The notes under the pieces: model-generated
Seen by the model: the letters and a program-made list of their open reading frames with translations, nothing else
What the model was told of the DNA's origin: nothing
Database searches by the model: none
Assembly (NCBI GenBank): GCA_013151915.1
Contig: JAADHJ010000044.1
Span: 329 to 64,328 of the forward strand
Length of the DNA: 64,000 bases
Direction: 5' to 3'
From: Deltaproteobacteria bacterium
GTDB taxonomy: Bacteria; BMS3Abin14
Part shown: positions 1 through 9,136 of the stretch, piece by piece
Layout of the letters: every line of letters begins with the position of its first letter
Position numbering within the stretch: position 1 is the first letter of the stretch
Program-made: the position numbers and the translations under genes

Positions 1-72
1 CGGTCAATATCAATCTTTCACCGGTCTAGTTAATATTGATGACTTCGCTGGTCGTCGCGAACCGATAACCGG

Positions 73-207
73 GTGAAGCGATCCCGTGGGCGACCGGAGG
101 GCGCCGCGATGACCTTTTCGGCTCCGCATGAGATTGCCACGCCTACGGTTTCACTCGGGCTCGCAATGACAGCAAAATAATAAAGGTGCGCATTAACCGG
201 ATGAACC
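73..207 (+). mobile_element. Right part of MITE copy (subtype B); left end not seen in window
   Basis: Ends ...gctcgcaatgacagcaaaataataaaggtgcgcattaaccggatgaacc, matching the right ends of the copies at 28591-29054 and 42470-42870. Confidence 0.75.
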
Positions 208-359
208 AGATTTTAGAGCAAAAACATACTAATCTTTGATTTTTACCCTGTGTAACCCTGTGGTAAATGGGCTTTGGAAGTGTCTGCTATTTCACCATGG
301 TGTTTTGTGGCAACAGATGTATCATGGAAAAAGGTGCCCGACCGAAAAGGAGGAAGAGG

Positions 360-467
360 ATGAAAAAGATCGTTCTGTTCGAGGTGCCGCAGGGGTTCAA
401 AAAGTTTTCCATGCCTGCCGACATGTCCGAGGGAATGCCGGGTGAGATGAAGATACCGGTGAGATGA
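360..467 (+). CDS. Possible 35-aa small protein (MKKIVLFEVPQGFKKFSMPADMSEGMPGEMKIPVR)
   Basis: AAGGAGG upstream of ATG at 360; TGA TAA double stop. No family recognised. Confidence 0.3.
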   Translation: MKKIVLFEVPQGFKKFSMPADMSEGMPGEMKIPVR

Positions 468-493
468 TAATACATGGAAACGCCGTGGCAGCC

Positions 494-549
494 TTGAACC
501 TTGAACGTTAAACATTGAACGTTGAATCTTGAACGTTGAACCTTGAACG
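494..549 (+). repeat. Tandem heptamer array (TTGAACN)x8
   Basis: ttgaacc ttgaacg ttaaaca ttgaacg ttgaatc ttgaacg ttgaacc ttgaacg read directly. Confidence 0.95.
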
Positions 550-581
550 TGTTTATTTGGGCCTTGGCCGTCAGGCCGGCA

Positions 582-1193
582 CTAGCGAAGCGAACTCTCC
601 ATGGCCGTTTCTTTTCGGAACTTCTGGATCCGATATGATGATCCATCCGGGACCAAAGAACGGATTTTCTCTATATCACGCATTGACAGCAGAGACTCCA
701 CGTTTGTTGTTCGAAACTCATGGGGAACTCCGCTTCCGGCTATAAGGTGGATGCTTTGGAGGATCTTTCCCTCATCAACCTTTATGCCTGCCAGACGGGC
801 ATACAATTCAAGCGGTGCTTTGATGTCCATGGCAATATAGTCAACAAGGCCTTCACCGATCAATTTACCAAGCACATCCGGTCTACTCCCATTTGTGTCG
901 ATTTTTACATCGAGCCCCAAACACTTAAGTTCCTTCAGGAACTCCTCCATGTCAGGCTGAAGTAACGGCTCACCTCCACTGATTACCACACCATCCAGCT
1001 TGTCCGCACGTAGAGCAAGAAATTCTGTCACCAACTTCCGGGAGATCAGATCCCCCGAGGGAGGATTCGGCGGGATTAGTGGCCCATTGTGGCAGAATGG
1101 ACACTGGAAATTACATCCCTGCACAAAAATCACAGCCGCGACTCTCCCGGGGAAATCGCTCAGAGCAAACGGCTGAAAGCCGCCTAGTTTCAC
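582..1193 (-). CDS. nrdG: Anaerobic ribonucleoside-triphosphate reductase activating protein (radical SAM)
   Basis: QGCNFQCPFCHN radical-SAM motif, SGGEP, DTNGS; 4-bp overlap with nrdD. Confidence 0.95.
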   Translation of the reverse strand: MKLGGFQPFALSDFPGRVAAVIFVQGCNFQCPFCHNGPLIPPNPPSGDLISRKLVTEFLALRADKLDGVVISGGEPLLQPDMEEFLKELKCLGLDVKIDTNGSRPDVLGKLIGEGLVDYIAMDIKAPLELYARLAGIKVDEGKILQSIHLIAGSGVPHEFRTTNVESLLSMRDIEKIRSLVPDGSSYRIQKFRKETAMESSLR

Positions 1194-3343
1194 GTACGAT
1201 TACCCAGTGTAAAAAGGCTGCGCATAATGAACTCCGACTGTTTGCCCTCATTCCACTGATTGACCGGTCTCAGATATCCTACGACTCGGGAATATATCTC
1301 TGTTTCACCATTACAATCCGGACAGAGTTTCTGTTCGCCGGGGAGGTAGCCGTGCGTCGGGCAGACTGAAAATGTGGGGGTGACGGTGAGATAAGGAAGC
1401 CGGAATTCCTCGCATACCCTGCGGACAAATGTCTTGACTGCGTCTGGGTCCGGCGATGATTCTCCAAGATAAACGTGCATGACCGTCCCTCCGGTGTAGC
1501 GGGTTTGAAGGCTGTCCTGGAGGTTGAGGGCGTGGAAAGCGTCATCGGTGTAGTTCACGGGAAGGTGTGTCGAATTCGTGTAAAATGGCGCCGCTCCCTC
1601 AATGTTCGCATGGCCGTTCGGGCATAAGATTTCGGGGAACTTATCCTGGTCCAGTTTCGCGAGGCGGTATGCCGTCCCCTCGGCGGGTGTCGCTTCAAGG
1701 TTATAGATGTGATCGGTTTCGTTCTGGAACCGGACAAGGCTGTCGCGCATATGATCAAGGACCTTTTCTGCGAACTTTTTCCCTTCGACGGAACCTATAT
1801 CACAGCCCAAGAGGTTGACGCCGGCTTCGTTCATGCCCACAAGCCCGATCGTGGCGAAGTGATTGTGCCAATACTGCCCGTGAGATTTTTTTATGTTGCG
1901 AAGGTAGTATTTTGTATAGGGGTAAAGGTTCTGATCGGTGAAGCGTTCCAGGACCTTTCTTTTAATTTCCAGACTCGTCCGGGCGATCTCCAAAAGCTGG
2001 TCCAATCGGTTGAAAAAGTCCCCTTCGTCGTCGGCGAGGTAACCGAGGCGCGGCATGTTGATAGTGACTACGCCAATGGAACCCGTCAGGGGATTGGCAC
2101 CGAACAAGCCGCCGCCCCTTCTGTCAAGGCTCCGCAGATCAAGTCTGAGTCTGCAGCACATGGACCTTGCGTCATCGGGTGACATGTCGGAGTTGATAAA
2201 GTTGGCGAAATAGGGAATGCCGTATTTCGCGGTGGCTTCCCATAATCCATGCAGGTCGGGCTCATCCCAGGGGAAATCGTGTGTGATGTTGTAGGTGGGG
2301 ATCGGGAAAGTGAAGACCCGCCCTTTGGCGTCCCCTTCACACAGGACCTCCAGGAAAGCCCTGTTGAGCATGTTCATCTCATGCTGAAATTCCGCATACG
2401 TCTCCTCCTGCGTTTTGCCGCCGATTATTACCTGCTCCCCAGCCAGGACCGTCGGAGGATGCAGGTCGAGCGTCAGGTTAGTGAAAGGCGTCTGAAAACC
2501 GACTCTCGTCGGCACATTGATGTTGAAGATGAATTCCTGAAGAGCCTGCTTGACTTCTCTGTATTCCAGCCCGTCGTATCGGATGAAGGGTGCTAAAAGG
2601 GTATCAAAATTGGAAAATGCCTGTGCGCCTGCGGCTTCGCCCTGAAGGGTGTAGAAAAAATTGACGATCTGTCCCAAGGCGGTCCGGAAATGGCGTGCGG
2701 GGCTGCTCTCCGATTTTCCCGGCGCCCCCCTGAAACCCATACGCAGAATATCCTGCAGGTCCCAGCCCACACAGTAGGCCGCGAGTTGTCCCAGATCGTG
2801 AACGTGCAGATCCCCTGATGTATGGGCCCTCCTGATTTCAGATGAATAGACCTTGTTAAGCCAATATTCCTTGCACACTTCACTGGAAACGAAATTGTTT
2901 AACCCCTGCAGGGAATATCCCATGTTGCTGTTTTCCCTCACCTTCCAATCCAGGCGTTCCAGGTAGCTGTCGATCAGATCGATATCGGCCTTCTGAACGA
3001 GTTCCCGGATGCGGGCATGCTGATCACGGTAAATGATATATGCCTTCGCCGTTTTTTTGTATGGGGATTCCAGAAGGATTTCTTCAACGATATCCTGAAT
3101 TCTCTCGACGGTTGGAAGGTCGTCTATCATTATCATTCCAGCCAGGGCAATGGCTTTAATAGTAAGTCTGCGGGCCATGACCTCATCGAACTCCCCGGTT
3201 GCTTTACCCGCCTTATGGATGGCTTCCGTTATCTTGGATGCCCGGAAGGGGACGACCCTCCCGTCCCGCTTCAGGATTTGAGTGAAATTTTCCGCTTCGT
3301 CCATCTGTGCTGTTTCACGAACGGATTCCGTTAAGGTGTTCAT
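1190..3343 (-). CDS. nrdD: Class III ribonucleoside-triphosphate reductase with N-terminal ATP cone
   Basis: ILKRDGRVVPF ATP cone; SMCCRL; C-terminal Zn site CPTH..CPDC and glycyl-radical motif SRVVGYLRP; RBS AAGGAG. Confidence 0.96.
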   Translation of the reverse strand: MNTLTESVRETAQMDEAENFTQILKRDGRVVPFRASKITEAIHKAGKATGEFDEVMARRLTIKAIALAGMIMIDDLPTVERIQDIVEEILLESPYKKTAKAYIIYRDQHARIRELVQKADIDLIDSYLERLDWKVRENSNMGYSLQGLNNFVSSEVCKEYWLNKVYSSEIRRAHTSGDLHVHDLGQLAAYCVGWDLQDILRMGFRGAPGKSESSPARHFRTALGQIVNFFYTLQGEAAGAQAFSNFDTLLAPFIRYDGLEYREVKQALQEFIFNINVPTRVGFQTPFTNLTLDLHPPTVLAGEQVIIGGKTQEETYAEFQHEMNMLNRAFLEVLCEGDAKGRVFTFPIPTYNITHDFPWDEPDLHGLWEATAKYGIPYFANFINSDMSPDDARSMCCRLRLDLRSLDRRGGGLFGANPLTGSIGVVTINMPRLGYLADDEGDFFNRLDQLLEIARTSLEIKRKVLERFTDQNLYPYTKYYLRNIKKSHGQYWHNHFATIGLVGMNEAGVNLLGCDIGSVEGKKFAEKVLDHMRDSLVRFQNETDHIYNLEATPAEGTAYRLAKLDQDKFPEILCPNGHANIEGAAPFYTNSTHLPVNYTDDAFHALNLQDSLQTRYTGGTVMHVYLGESSPDPDAVKTFVRRVCEEFRLPYLTVTPTFSVCPTHGYLPGEQKLCPDCNGETEIYSRVVGYLRPVNQWNEGKQSEFIMRSLFTLGNRT

Positions 3344-3548
3344 ACCCGGCTCCTTTTCTGTGGATGCAGCTGTTCATAGGCGCATCCACTAACGTGTCCC
3401 ACGTCCCCTCGGACGTGACAGTGACCTTTGGAAGAATTTCAGACAGCCGTGAGCTGTGAGGCGGGAATTTCGCAACAGGTCTTCTGCCGGGCTGAACGCA
3501 TCTTCCCTCGAAGGCGACAATCAATATACCGCGCTATCGGCGGGTCGC

Positions 3549-3735
3549 CGGCAGGTCTTCGGACTTGTAGGCGGGTGATCCTCTCGATAGGATCCATTCC
3601 TACTGGCCGCCGCTTCCCAGCCCCTTGGGCCAGTGCTTAATGGCGACGTTCGTTCCTACTTACCGCTGCGGGGCAGTCCCGGATTCTCACCGGGTTCCCT
3701 TGTATAACACTCCGAATAAGGAGCGTACCGGCAAC
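3549..3735 (-). ncRNA. Cobalamin (B12) riboswitch in nrdD leader
   Basis: Minus strand has AGGGAACCCGGTGAGAATCCGGGACTGCCCCGCAGCGGTAA, CACTGG..GGGAAG and the terminal AGTCCGAAGACCTGCC B12 box. Confidence 0.93.
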
Positions 3736-3738
3736 AAA

Positions 3739-3786
3739 ACACTATATATAGTAGTCAGAAGAGAATGTCAATACAAGATAATGTAT
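3739..3786 (-). promoter_or_regulatory. Tandem NrdR boxes overlapping a sigma70 promoter of nrdDG
   Basis: acactatatatagtag (3739-3754) and atacaagataatgtat (3771-3786), 32 bp apart; minus strand TTGACA (3766-3771)-17 bp-TATATA (3743-3748). Confidence 0.85.
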
Positions 3787-3791
3787 AAGGA

Positions 3792-3812
3792 TTGGTGTCA
3801 GACCCTTGCAGG
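3792..3812. repeat. REP-like 21-mer TTGGTG(T/C)CAGACCC(T/C)TGCAGG, copy 1
   Basis: 19/21 identical to 42912-42932. Confidence 0.55.
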
Positions 3813-3910
3813 AACGACATCCATGAGCAGCCATTTACCGTTCACAACATGTGAGAGGACCGGTGTGACCGAGGTCTCACCCGAGATGATGGAGCAGGTC
3901 AAGGCCGCCA

Positions 3911-4810
3911 TCAGGTGGCCTGATTTTTGAGTGTTGCGCGTGCGTTCCGGATCAGGCTTTCTGAAAACCCCTCCAGGATCCTTGAACGGATATTCCAGCG
4001 GTGCCAATATAAATCCACCGGAAAATGTTTGCCGGGAGCAAGATTGACAAGCTTACCGGCAGTGATGAGTGGGGTGCTCTGCCGATCCGGAACCATGCCG
4101 TACCCCAGGCCCGAGACTATGAATTCAACGAACGTCTCATAGGATGGAACGTAGTGAGCGGGAATATCCGTTGGAGATTTTCCCAACAGCAGCTTCAGAA
4201 TCTTGTTGTGGAGATCGTCCCTGCGGGTGAATAACAGGGCCGGGGCCTGAAGAACAGCCTTTTCATCTAAAATATCCGGGAACCATTTATCTGCGAATTC
4301 GGGTGTCGCCAGCAGGCGATATTCCATGCGCCCCAGATAATCGACACGACAGCCACGCATGGCCCTTTCCTGAGTGCTTACGCATCCGGTGACATCCCCA
4401 TCTTTCAGAAGGCGATGGGTCTGTTCCTGATCCTCCACCGACAGGTCCAGGACAACGGACTCATCCTTTACAAAGCGATGCACCGCATCAAGAAACCAGG
4501 TGGCAAGGCTGTCGGCGTTGATGCCGATGGCAAGGGAAGTAAACCTCATCCCCTCGGATGGTCCCAGGTCGTGTCCGAGACTATCCTCCAGTTGTTCTAC
4601 CTGCCGATAGTGCTTGATCAGATGCTGCCCTGCCGGAGTAGCCTTGGGTGGTTGTGAGCGCACAAGTAATACCAGTCCCACCTGATCTTCCAGAAGTTTT
4701 ATTCTCTGCGAGATGGCGGACTGGGTCAGGTTCAGCAAACGACCTGCCCTGTCGAATCCACCCTCCTGTATCACTGCCGCGAACGCCTCCAGAAGTTTGT
4801 AGTCGAGCAT
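3911..4810 (-). CDS. argP: LysR-family regulator ArgP/LysG
   Basis: LysR HTH (LTQSAISQRIKLLE), NADSLATWF, LYWHRWN; divergent from a LysE/ArgO gene. Confidence 0.92.
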   Translation of the reverse strand: MLDYKLLEAFAAVIQEGGFDRAGRLLNLTQSAISQRIKLLEDQVGLVLLVRSQPPKATPAGQHLIKHYRQVEQLEDSLGHDLGPSEGMRFTSLAIGINADSLATWFLDAVHRFVKDESVVLDLSVEDQEQTHRLLKDGDVTGCVSTQERAMRGCRVDYLGRMEYRLLATPEFADKWFPDILDEKAVLQAPALLFTRRDDLHNKILKLLLGKSPTDIPAHYVPSYETFVEFIVSGLGYGMVPDRQSTPLITAGKLVNLAPGKHFPVDLYWHRWNIRSRILEGFSESLIRNARATLKNQAT

Positions 4811-4818
4811 GAGTTGAA

Positions 4819-4833
4819 ATTAGCAAAATTTAT
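4819..4833. promoter_or_regulatory. Candidate LysR T-N11-A binding site
   Basis: attagcaaaatttat in the AT-rich argP/argO divergent spacer. Confidence 0.4.
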
Positions 4834-4905
4834 CATAATAAAAAACAATTAATTTTACTTCAGGCTAAAGTCAATCTATTATTGGCGCCAATCGAGGAAA
4901 AAGCC

Positions 4906-5535
4906 ATGGATGGACTTTTTACGACCCTGCCAACAATGATTCTGACGTTTGCCCAGGGTTTCATAATGGGGGGCGGGCTGATCGTAGCCATTGGCGCCCA
5001 GAACTCTTTTATCCTGTCTCACGGCATCAGGCGCAGCCACCTCCTGCTTATTCCACTGATTTGCAGTATTTGCGAAATCGCCCTCATTGTCCTGGGGATG
5101 GCCGGGATGGGGTCTGTCATCGCCGCCCATCCCGATTTAGCCCGATGGGCCGCCTGGGGTGGCGCTCTGTTTCTGTTCTGGTATGGTCTGCGTGCTTTTC
5201 GTTCGGCAATTCGCGGCGCGAGCGTGGAGCGGGGAATGGTGTCGGCAGGTTCGCTGAAAACCGTCATTGGGACGACGCTTGCCGTCAGCCTCCTGAACCC
5301 TCAGGCTTTGCTGGATTCGGTTGTACTCCTTGGCAGTGCCGGCGGCCGGTTTGCCGGAACAGGTCGGCTCCTGTTCGGTATGGGCGCAATTCTGGCATCC
5401 GTGATCTGGTTCTTTTCCTTGAGCCTCGGAGGAAGGATGTTGGCCCCGGTGTTTCGTCGTCCTGCGTCATGGCGTGTTCTCGACTCAACTGTAGGGGTCA
5501 GCATGTGGACTATCGCTCTTTTCCTTATAGTATAG
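4906..5535 (+). CDS. argO: LysE/ArgO-family amino acid exporter
   Basis: LIVAIGAQNSFIL, SLLNPQALLD motifs; six hydrophobic segments; ATG 4906 follows GAGGA. Confidence 0.88.
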   Translation: MDGLFTTLPTMILTFAQGFIMGGGLIVAIGAQNSFILSHGIRRSHLLLIPLICSICEIALIVLGMAGMGSVIAAHPDLARWAAWGGALFLFWYGLRAFRSAIRGASVERGMVSAGSLKTVIGTTLAVSLLNPQALLDSVVLLGSAGGRFAGTGRLLFGMGAILASVIWFFSLSLGGRMLAPVFRRPASWRVLDSTVGVSMWTIALFLIV

Positions 5536-5660
5536 GACAAAGGATAGGAAAAACCTCCCCATCTCGATACTTCCCCCATGCTCCCAAGTGCCCCCTCGCC
5601 CCCGTTTATCCTGAGTCCCGCCGTCGGCGGGATCGAAGGGGCGTCTGCTTTTCTTCTCTT

Positions 5661-5702
5661 TGGACTCTGGACACTGGACTCTGGACTCCGAACTCTGGAC
5701 TT
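5661..5702 (+). repeat. Tandem heptamer array (TGGACTC)x6
   Basis: tggactc tggacac tggactc tggactc cgaactc tggactt. Confidence 0.9.
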
Positions 5703-5708
5703 TCTTTC

Positions 5709-5990
5709 CTACTCCGGACTATTCTCCTGACCCTTAACCACCCACTCCCTGACCCACATCCGGCCCATGAGATTCCGGAGGACGAAGGGATCCCGGCCTG
5801 TTATTTGTTCGGCCTCTTCGAGGCCTTCGGCGGAGAACAGGATCATGCCGCCCGAGCCGTCCCCGAAGGGGCCGCCCACATAATCCGGCGGGTCTACTTT
5901 TGCCCAGTAATCTATATGTTCAGGAACGACCTCCATGAGCCGATCGGGAGTGACCTTGAAGAAGTAGAAGAAAGCGAACCTTTTTGTCAT
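5709..5990 (-). CDS. YciI-family protein
   Basis: H..Y, GGPF.DGSGGMILF.A...EEA.....DPF pattern typical of YciI. Confidence 0.8.
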   Translation of the reverse strand: MTKRFAFFYFFKVTPDRLMEVVPEHIDYWAKVDPPDYVGGPFGDGSGGMILFSAEGLEEAEQITGRDPFVLRNLMGRMWVREWVVKGQENSPE

Positions 5991-6008
5991 GGAAAATCCC
6001 CAATATTA

Positions 6009-8078
6009 TTAATCTATTTCCGGCACAAACGGCTTGATCTTGCCCTTCTCCACCGTCAGGAGATAAGGGCGCTGGGCGATGTCCCCGTCCTGCCCGGTTG
6101 TAAGCGGGCCTTCCGAAGAGGGGGCGTTGGTGAGATTCATGAGGTAGTTCCTCAGGGATGACCGGTCGCTGACTATCCCTGACTCCAATCCCGAACGGAT
6201 CAGGTAGGCCGTGTCGAATGCCTGCGCTGCCAGTGGTTGGGGGTCCTCACCGAAACTGAGCCAGTACCTTGCCGAAAGTTCCCTGCTGACGGGATTATTC
6301 ATGTCGGCCAGGTATCCCCCCGTAAAAATAGCGCCTTCCACGTAATGTTCCCCTAACTCCACTATCCAGGGGCTGTTCCAGCCATCAGTACCGAGCAGGA
6401 GGGCATTGGTTATATCGTAGAAGGCAAGCTGCGGAGCCAGGAGGCCGACGGTCTGGAAATCGGCCGGGATGAAGACCGCGTCGAAATCCACAATGGAATC
6501 GACTTTCACATCCACCCCGTTTTCCTTTAGGATCTTCTCTTCCGGTGACAACGCGCGGTTAAGACCGACCATGGAGCGGATCTGGGGTCCGAAATCGGTT
6601 ACCCCGGGCGGAAAACTCTCAACGGCCGTCACCTCTGCCCCTCTTTTATCCAGCTCGTCCCAGAACCGGTTCATCATCTCCCTGCCGTAAACCGTGTCCG
6701 GATAAAGGATGGCGAACCTGGTCATCATGAGGCGGTCATGCGCCATGGTTACCAGGGACCTTATCTGCTGGGAGTCGGATAAGGCTCGGCGAAAAACATT
6801 CTCACCTATTTTCGGAATGGATGGGTCGGCGGAGAGGGTGATCATGGGGACGCCCGACCTCTCCGCCGCCTGGGCGGCAGCTTTCGAGGTCCTTGAGAAG
6901 ATCGGGCCGATGATAGCCAGAACGTGTTCCTTTCCGGCCAGATCAGTGACGGCCTGGGCAGCCTTCATGGGATCTGTCCCGGAATCGACAGTTACCAGGG
7001 TAAAACGGGGGGAGGATCCCTCCTGCGGCAATGGGGACATGAGGCCGAGGGCGGCCTGTATCCCCTGCAGCGCCTTCTCACCGTAGAGCTGATAGCGTCC
7101 GGAAAGGGGAAGGACAGCGCCGATGGTGTTGCTTTGAACGAGGAGATGGTCGCTTAATATATTGTATGCCTCGTCAATTTTTCCCTGTGGGACCAGCCCG
7201 GGATAATGCGTCAGAATGTCCATCAGGTCATTCATCCCCTCCTGATAGAGGCCCTTTTCAAGCATCCTTCGAAGCTGCTCCATGGCCGGATATACGAAAG
7301 GCTCAGTTCCGTCCGATTCCGCAAGTATGCTTGCCAGGGCTTTGTCTCCAAGACCCAACGCGGCCTGGGCCAGGGTCTTTCGGGCCTCGTCCCCGATCTT
7401 TTCGGAGACACCCCCGGCTGAGGCGGCGAGGAGGGCATCCCGGGCTCCCATGAACGCCTGCCGGTAGCGCTTTCTCTTGAGAAGGCACACACTCTTTTTG
7501 CCCAGGGCCTCGGCACGCTCCGGGGCGAGGAGGTCGAGAGTCAAGGCGTTGTCTATGAAACGAACGCAGTCTTTCCACTTTTCCCTGTGGAGGGAAATGT
7601 CCCCTTCGAGGAGGAAGATTTTTTTCCTCAAGGGGCTGTTGGCGAAGTCCCGCAGGAACCGTCTTGCGAGGCGAAGGGCCTCCCGCGGCCTGTCAAGGGA
7701 GGCCATGATCCGGACCTGTTCCAGTAGAGCATCGTCAGCGTACCTGCTGTCCGGGTGCATTCGGATGAATGCATCCAGCATGTCGTAGGCTGTCTCCGCG
7801 CGCCCGTCCTCACGGAATGTCCTAACTGCCTCCTGGTAGGCCATGAGTTCCTCACGATCGGAAACCCGTTCCCCTAGGCGAACCGGCTTCTCCCGGACCG
7901 CTTCCATCTGAGAGGGTTTCGGCAGAGCCGGTTTCGACTGAACAATATTCTGCGGAACCTTTTCCCGCTGGATTACGGAAGGACTGACACAGGCGAGGCC
8001 CAAGGGGGACAGTATTGCCAGCAGGGTGATAGTGGGGTATAAACGCCCAGAAGGTTTGAACTTTATTTGCATGGTCAC
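6009..8078 (-). CDS. Penicillin-binding protein activator LpoA-like lipoprotein (TPR plus periplasmic-binding domain)
   Basis: Lipobox GLAC, TPR-like helices (HPDSRYADDALL), IGAVLPLSG, IIGP, QAFD periplasmic binding fold. Confidence 0.75.
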   Translation of the reverse strand: MTMQIKFKPSGRLYPTITLLAILSPLGLACVSPSVIQREKVPQNIVQSKPALPKPSQMEAVREKPVRLGERVSDREELMAYQEAVRTFREDGRAETAYDMLDAFIRMHPDSRYADDALLEQVRIMASLDRPREALRLARRFLRDFANSPLRKKIFLLEGDISLHREKWKDCVRFIDNALTLDLLAPERAEALGKKSVCLLKRKRYRQAFMGARDALLAASAGGVSEKIGDEARKTLAQAALGLGDKALASILAESDGTEPFVYPAMEQLRRMLEKGLYQEGMNDLMDILTHYPGLVPQGKIDEAYNILSDHLLVQSNTIGAVLPLSGRYQLYGEKALQGIQAALGLMSPLPQEGSSPRFTLVTVDSGTDPMKAAQAVTDLAGKEHVLAIIGPIFSRTSKAAAQAAERSGVPMITLSADPSIPKIGENVFRRALSDSQQIRSLVTMAHDRLMMTRFAILYPDTVYGREMMNRFWDELDKRGAEVTAVESFPPGVTDFGPQIRSMVGLNRALSPEEKILKENGVDVKVDSIVDFDAVFIPADFQTVGLLAPQLAFYDITNALLLGTDGWNSPWIVELGEHYVEGAIFTGGYLADMNNPVSRELSARYWLSFGEDPQPLAAQAFDTAYLIRSGLESGIVSDRSSLRNYLMNLTNAPSSEGPLTTGQDGDIAQRPYLLTVEKGKIKPFVPEID

Positions 8079-8080
8079 TT

Positions 8081-8240
8081 TTGATAGGATCGTAAAAAAT
8101 CCTTTCGTGGCTTTTTACTCAACGGAAAGCGAAAAGTGTTATTTTCACTTTCCGCCCAAATCAACAACTTGCGCTGCAAGTCATTGCTTTGGGCGCCCTT
8201 CAATGGACGCGTTGATGACTTCCTGAGAAATCATCACTTT
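8081..8240. repeat. Intergenic repeat family B (GATAGGxTCGTAAAAA..TCC), long copy
   Basis: Aligns over about 80 bp with 19679-19760; its 3' part matches the reverse complement of 17062-17131. Confidence 0.8.
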
Positions 8241-8287
8241 ATAGCCGCAGGCCCGGGAAAATGTCAAATGGACTTTGGTAGATAAAC

Positions 8288-9136
8288 ATGGGATTTCACC
8301 GGCGGAGCACTCCTCCCTTCGGGCAACACTTTCTCCATGACCTGAATCTCCTTTCCCTGATTGTTCACTCGGCGGACCTGTCTCCCGGAGACATGGTCGT
8401 CGAGGTTGGTGTGGGGACCGGAAAGCTCACCCGTGTCATCCTTGACACCGGGGCTTCGGTAACAGGTGTGGAGATCGATCCGTCGGTGGTGAAGGCCATT
8501 GAGGAGCAGTTCGGGGGGGACCCCTCATTCAGGCTGGTTCAGGGGGATATTCTCAGGATCCCATGGGATGAACTTCTGCCCCAAGAAGGCCAGGCGGTCC
8601 TTATGGGCAACCTGCCTTATGCAGCCTCCACCCAGGTCATCTTCAGGGTGCTCCAATATCCGGAGAGGGTGTCCAGGGCGGTTTTCCTCGTTCAGTGGGA
8701 GGTGGGACGCCGTCTCGCCGCCGAGCCGGGCAACAAGGATTTTGGAATCATGTCGGTCGCTTGCCAGCTGTATGGAAGGCCCAGGATCCTTCGAAAAGTA
8801 GCACCCGGTGTTTTCCTTCCACCGCCCAGGGTGGATTCCGCGCTTGTGCGTTGGGATGTGGCATCAGAGCCTGTCTACCCCTTGAAAAACCGGGAGTTCA
8901 CCAGCCAGGTGGTCAAGGCGGCATTCGCACAGAGAAGAAAGAAACTTGTTAACAGCCTCGCATCAAAGATGAAGACAATTGATAAGATAACTCTGCCCGG
9001 GGTGCTTGAGGGGCTTGGCCTCTGGGAAGGTGTGAGGGCTGAGCAGTTGACGGTTGAACAGTTCGCCCGGCTTTCCAACAGGCTTTATGACATGGGAATT
9101 AGACAGAACAGTGGAATTGGACAGAACAGTGAATGA
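8288..9136 (+). CDS. rsmA: 16S rRNA m6,6A dimethyltransferase
   Basis: FGQHFL, VEVGVGTG, EID, GNLPY, PPPRVDSA, QRRKKL, RAEQL. Confidence 0.95.
   Translation: MGFHRRSTPPFGQHFLHDLNLLSLIVHSADLSPGDMVVEVGVGTGKLTRVILDTGASVTGVEIDPSVVKAIEEQFGGDPSFRLVQGDILRIPWDELLPQEGQAVLMGNLPYAASTQVIFRVLQYPERVSRAVFLVQWEVGRRLAAEPGNKDFGIMSVACQLYGRPRILRKVAPGVFLPPPRVDSALVRWDVASEPVYPLKNREFTSQVVKAAFAQRRKKLVNSLASKMKTIDKITLPGVLEGLGLWEGVRAEQLTVEQFARLSNRLYDMGIRQNSGIGQNSE

Noticed and set aside
465-470. TGA-TAA as a C-terminal selenocysteine
   Set aside because: No redox motif or convincing SECIS; a double stop is the simpler reading.
494-549. CRISPR array
   Set aside because: Tandem 7-mers without spacers; no cas genes seen anywhere in the window.
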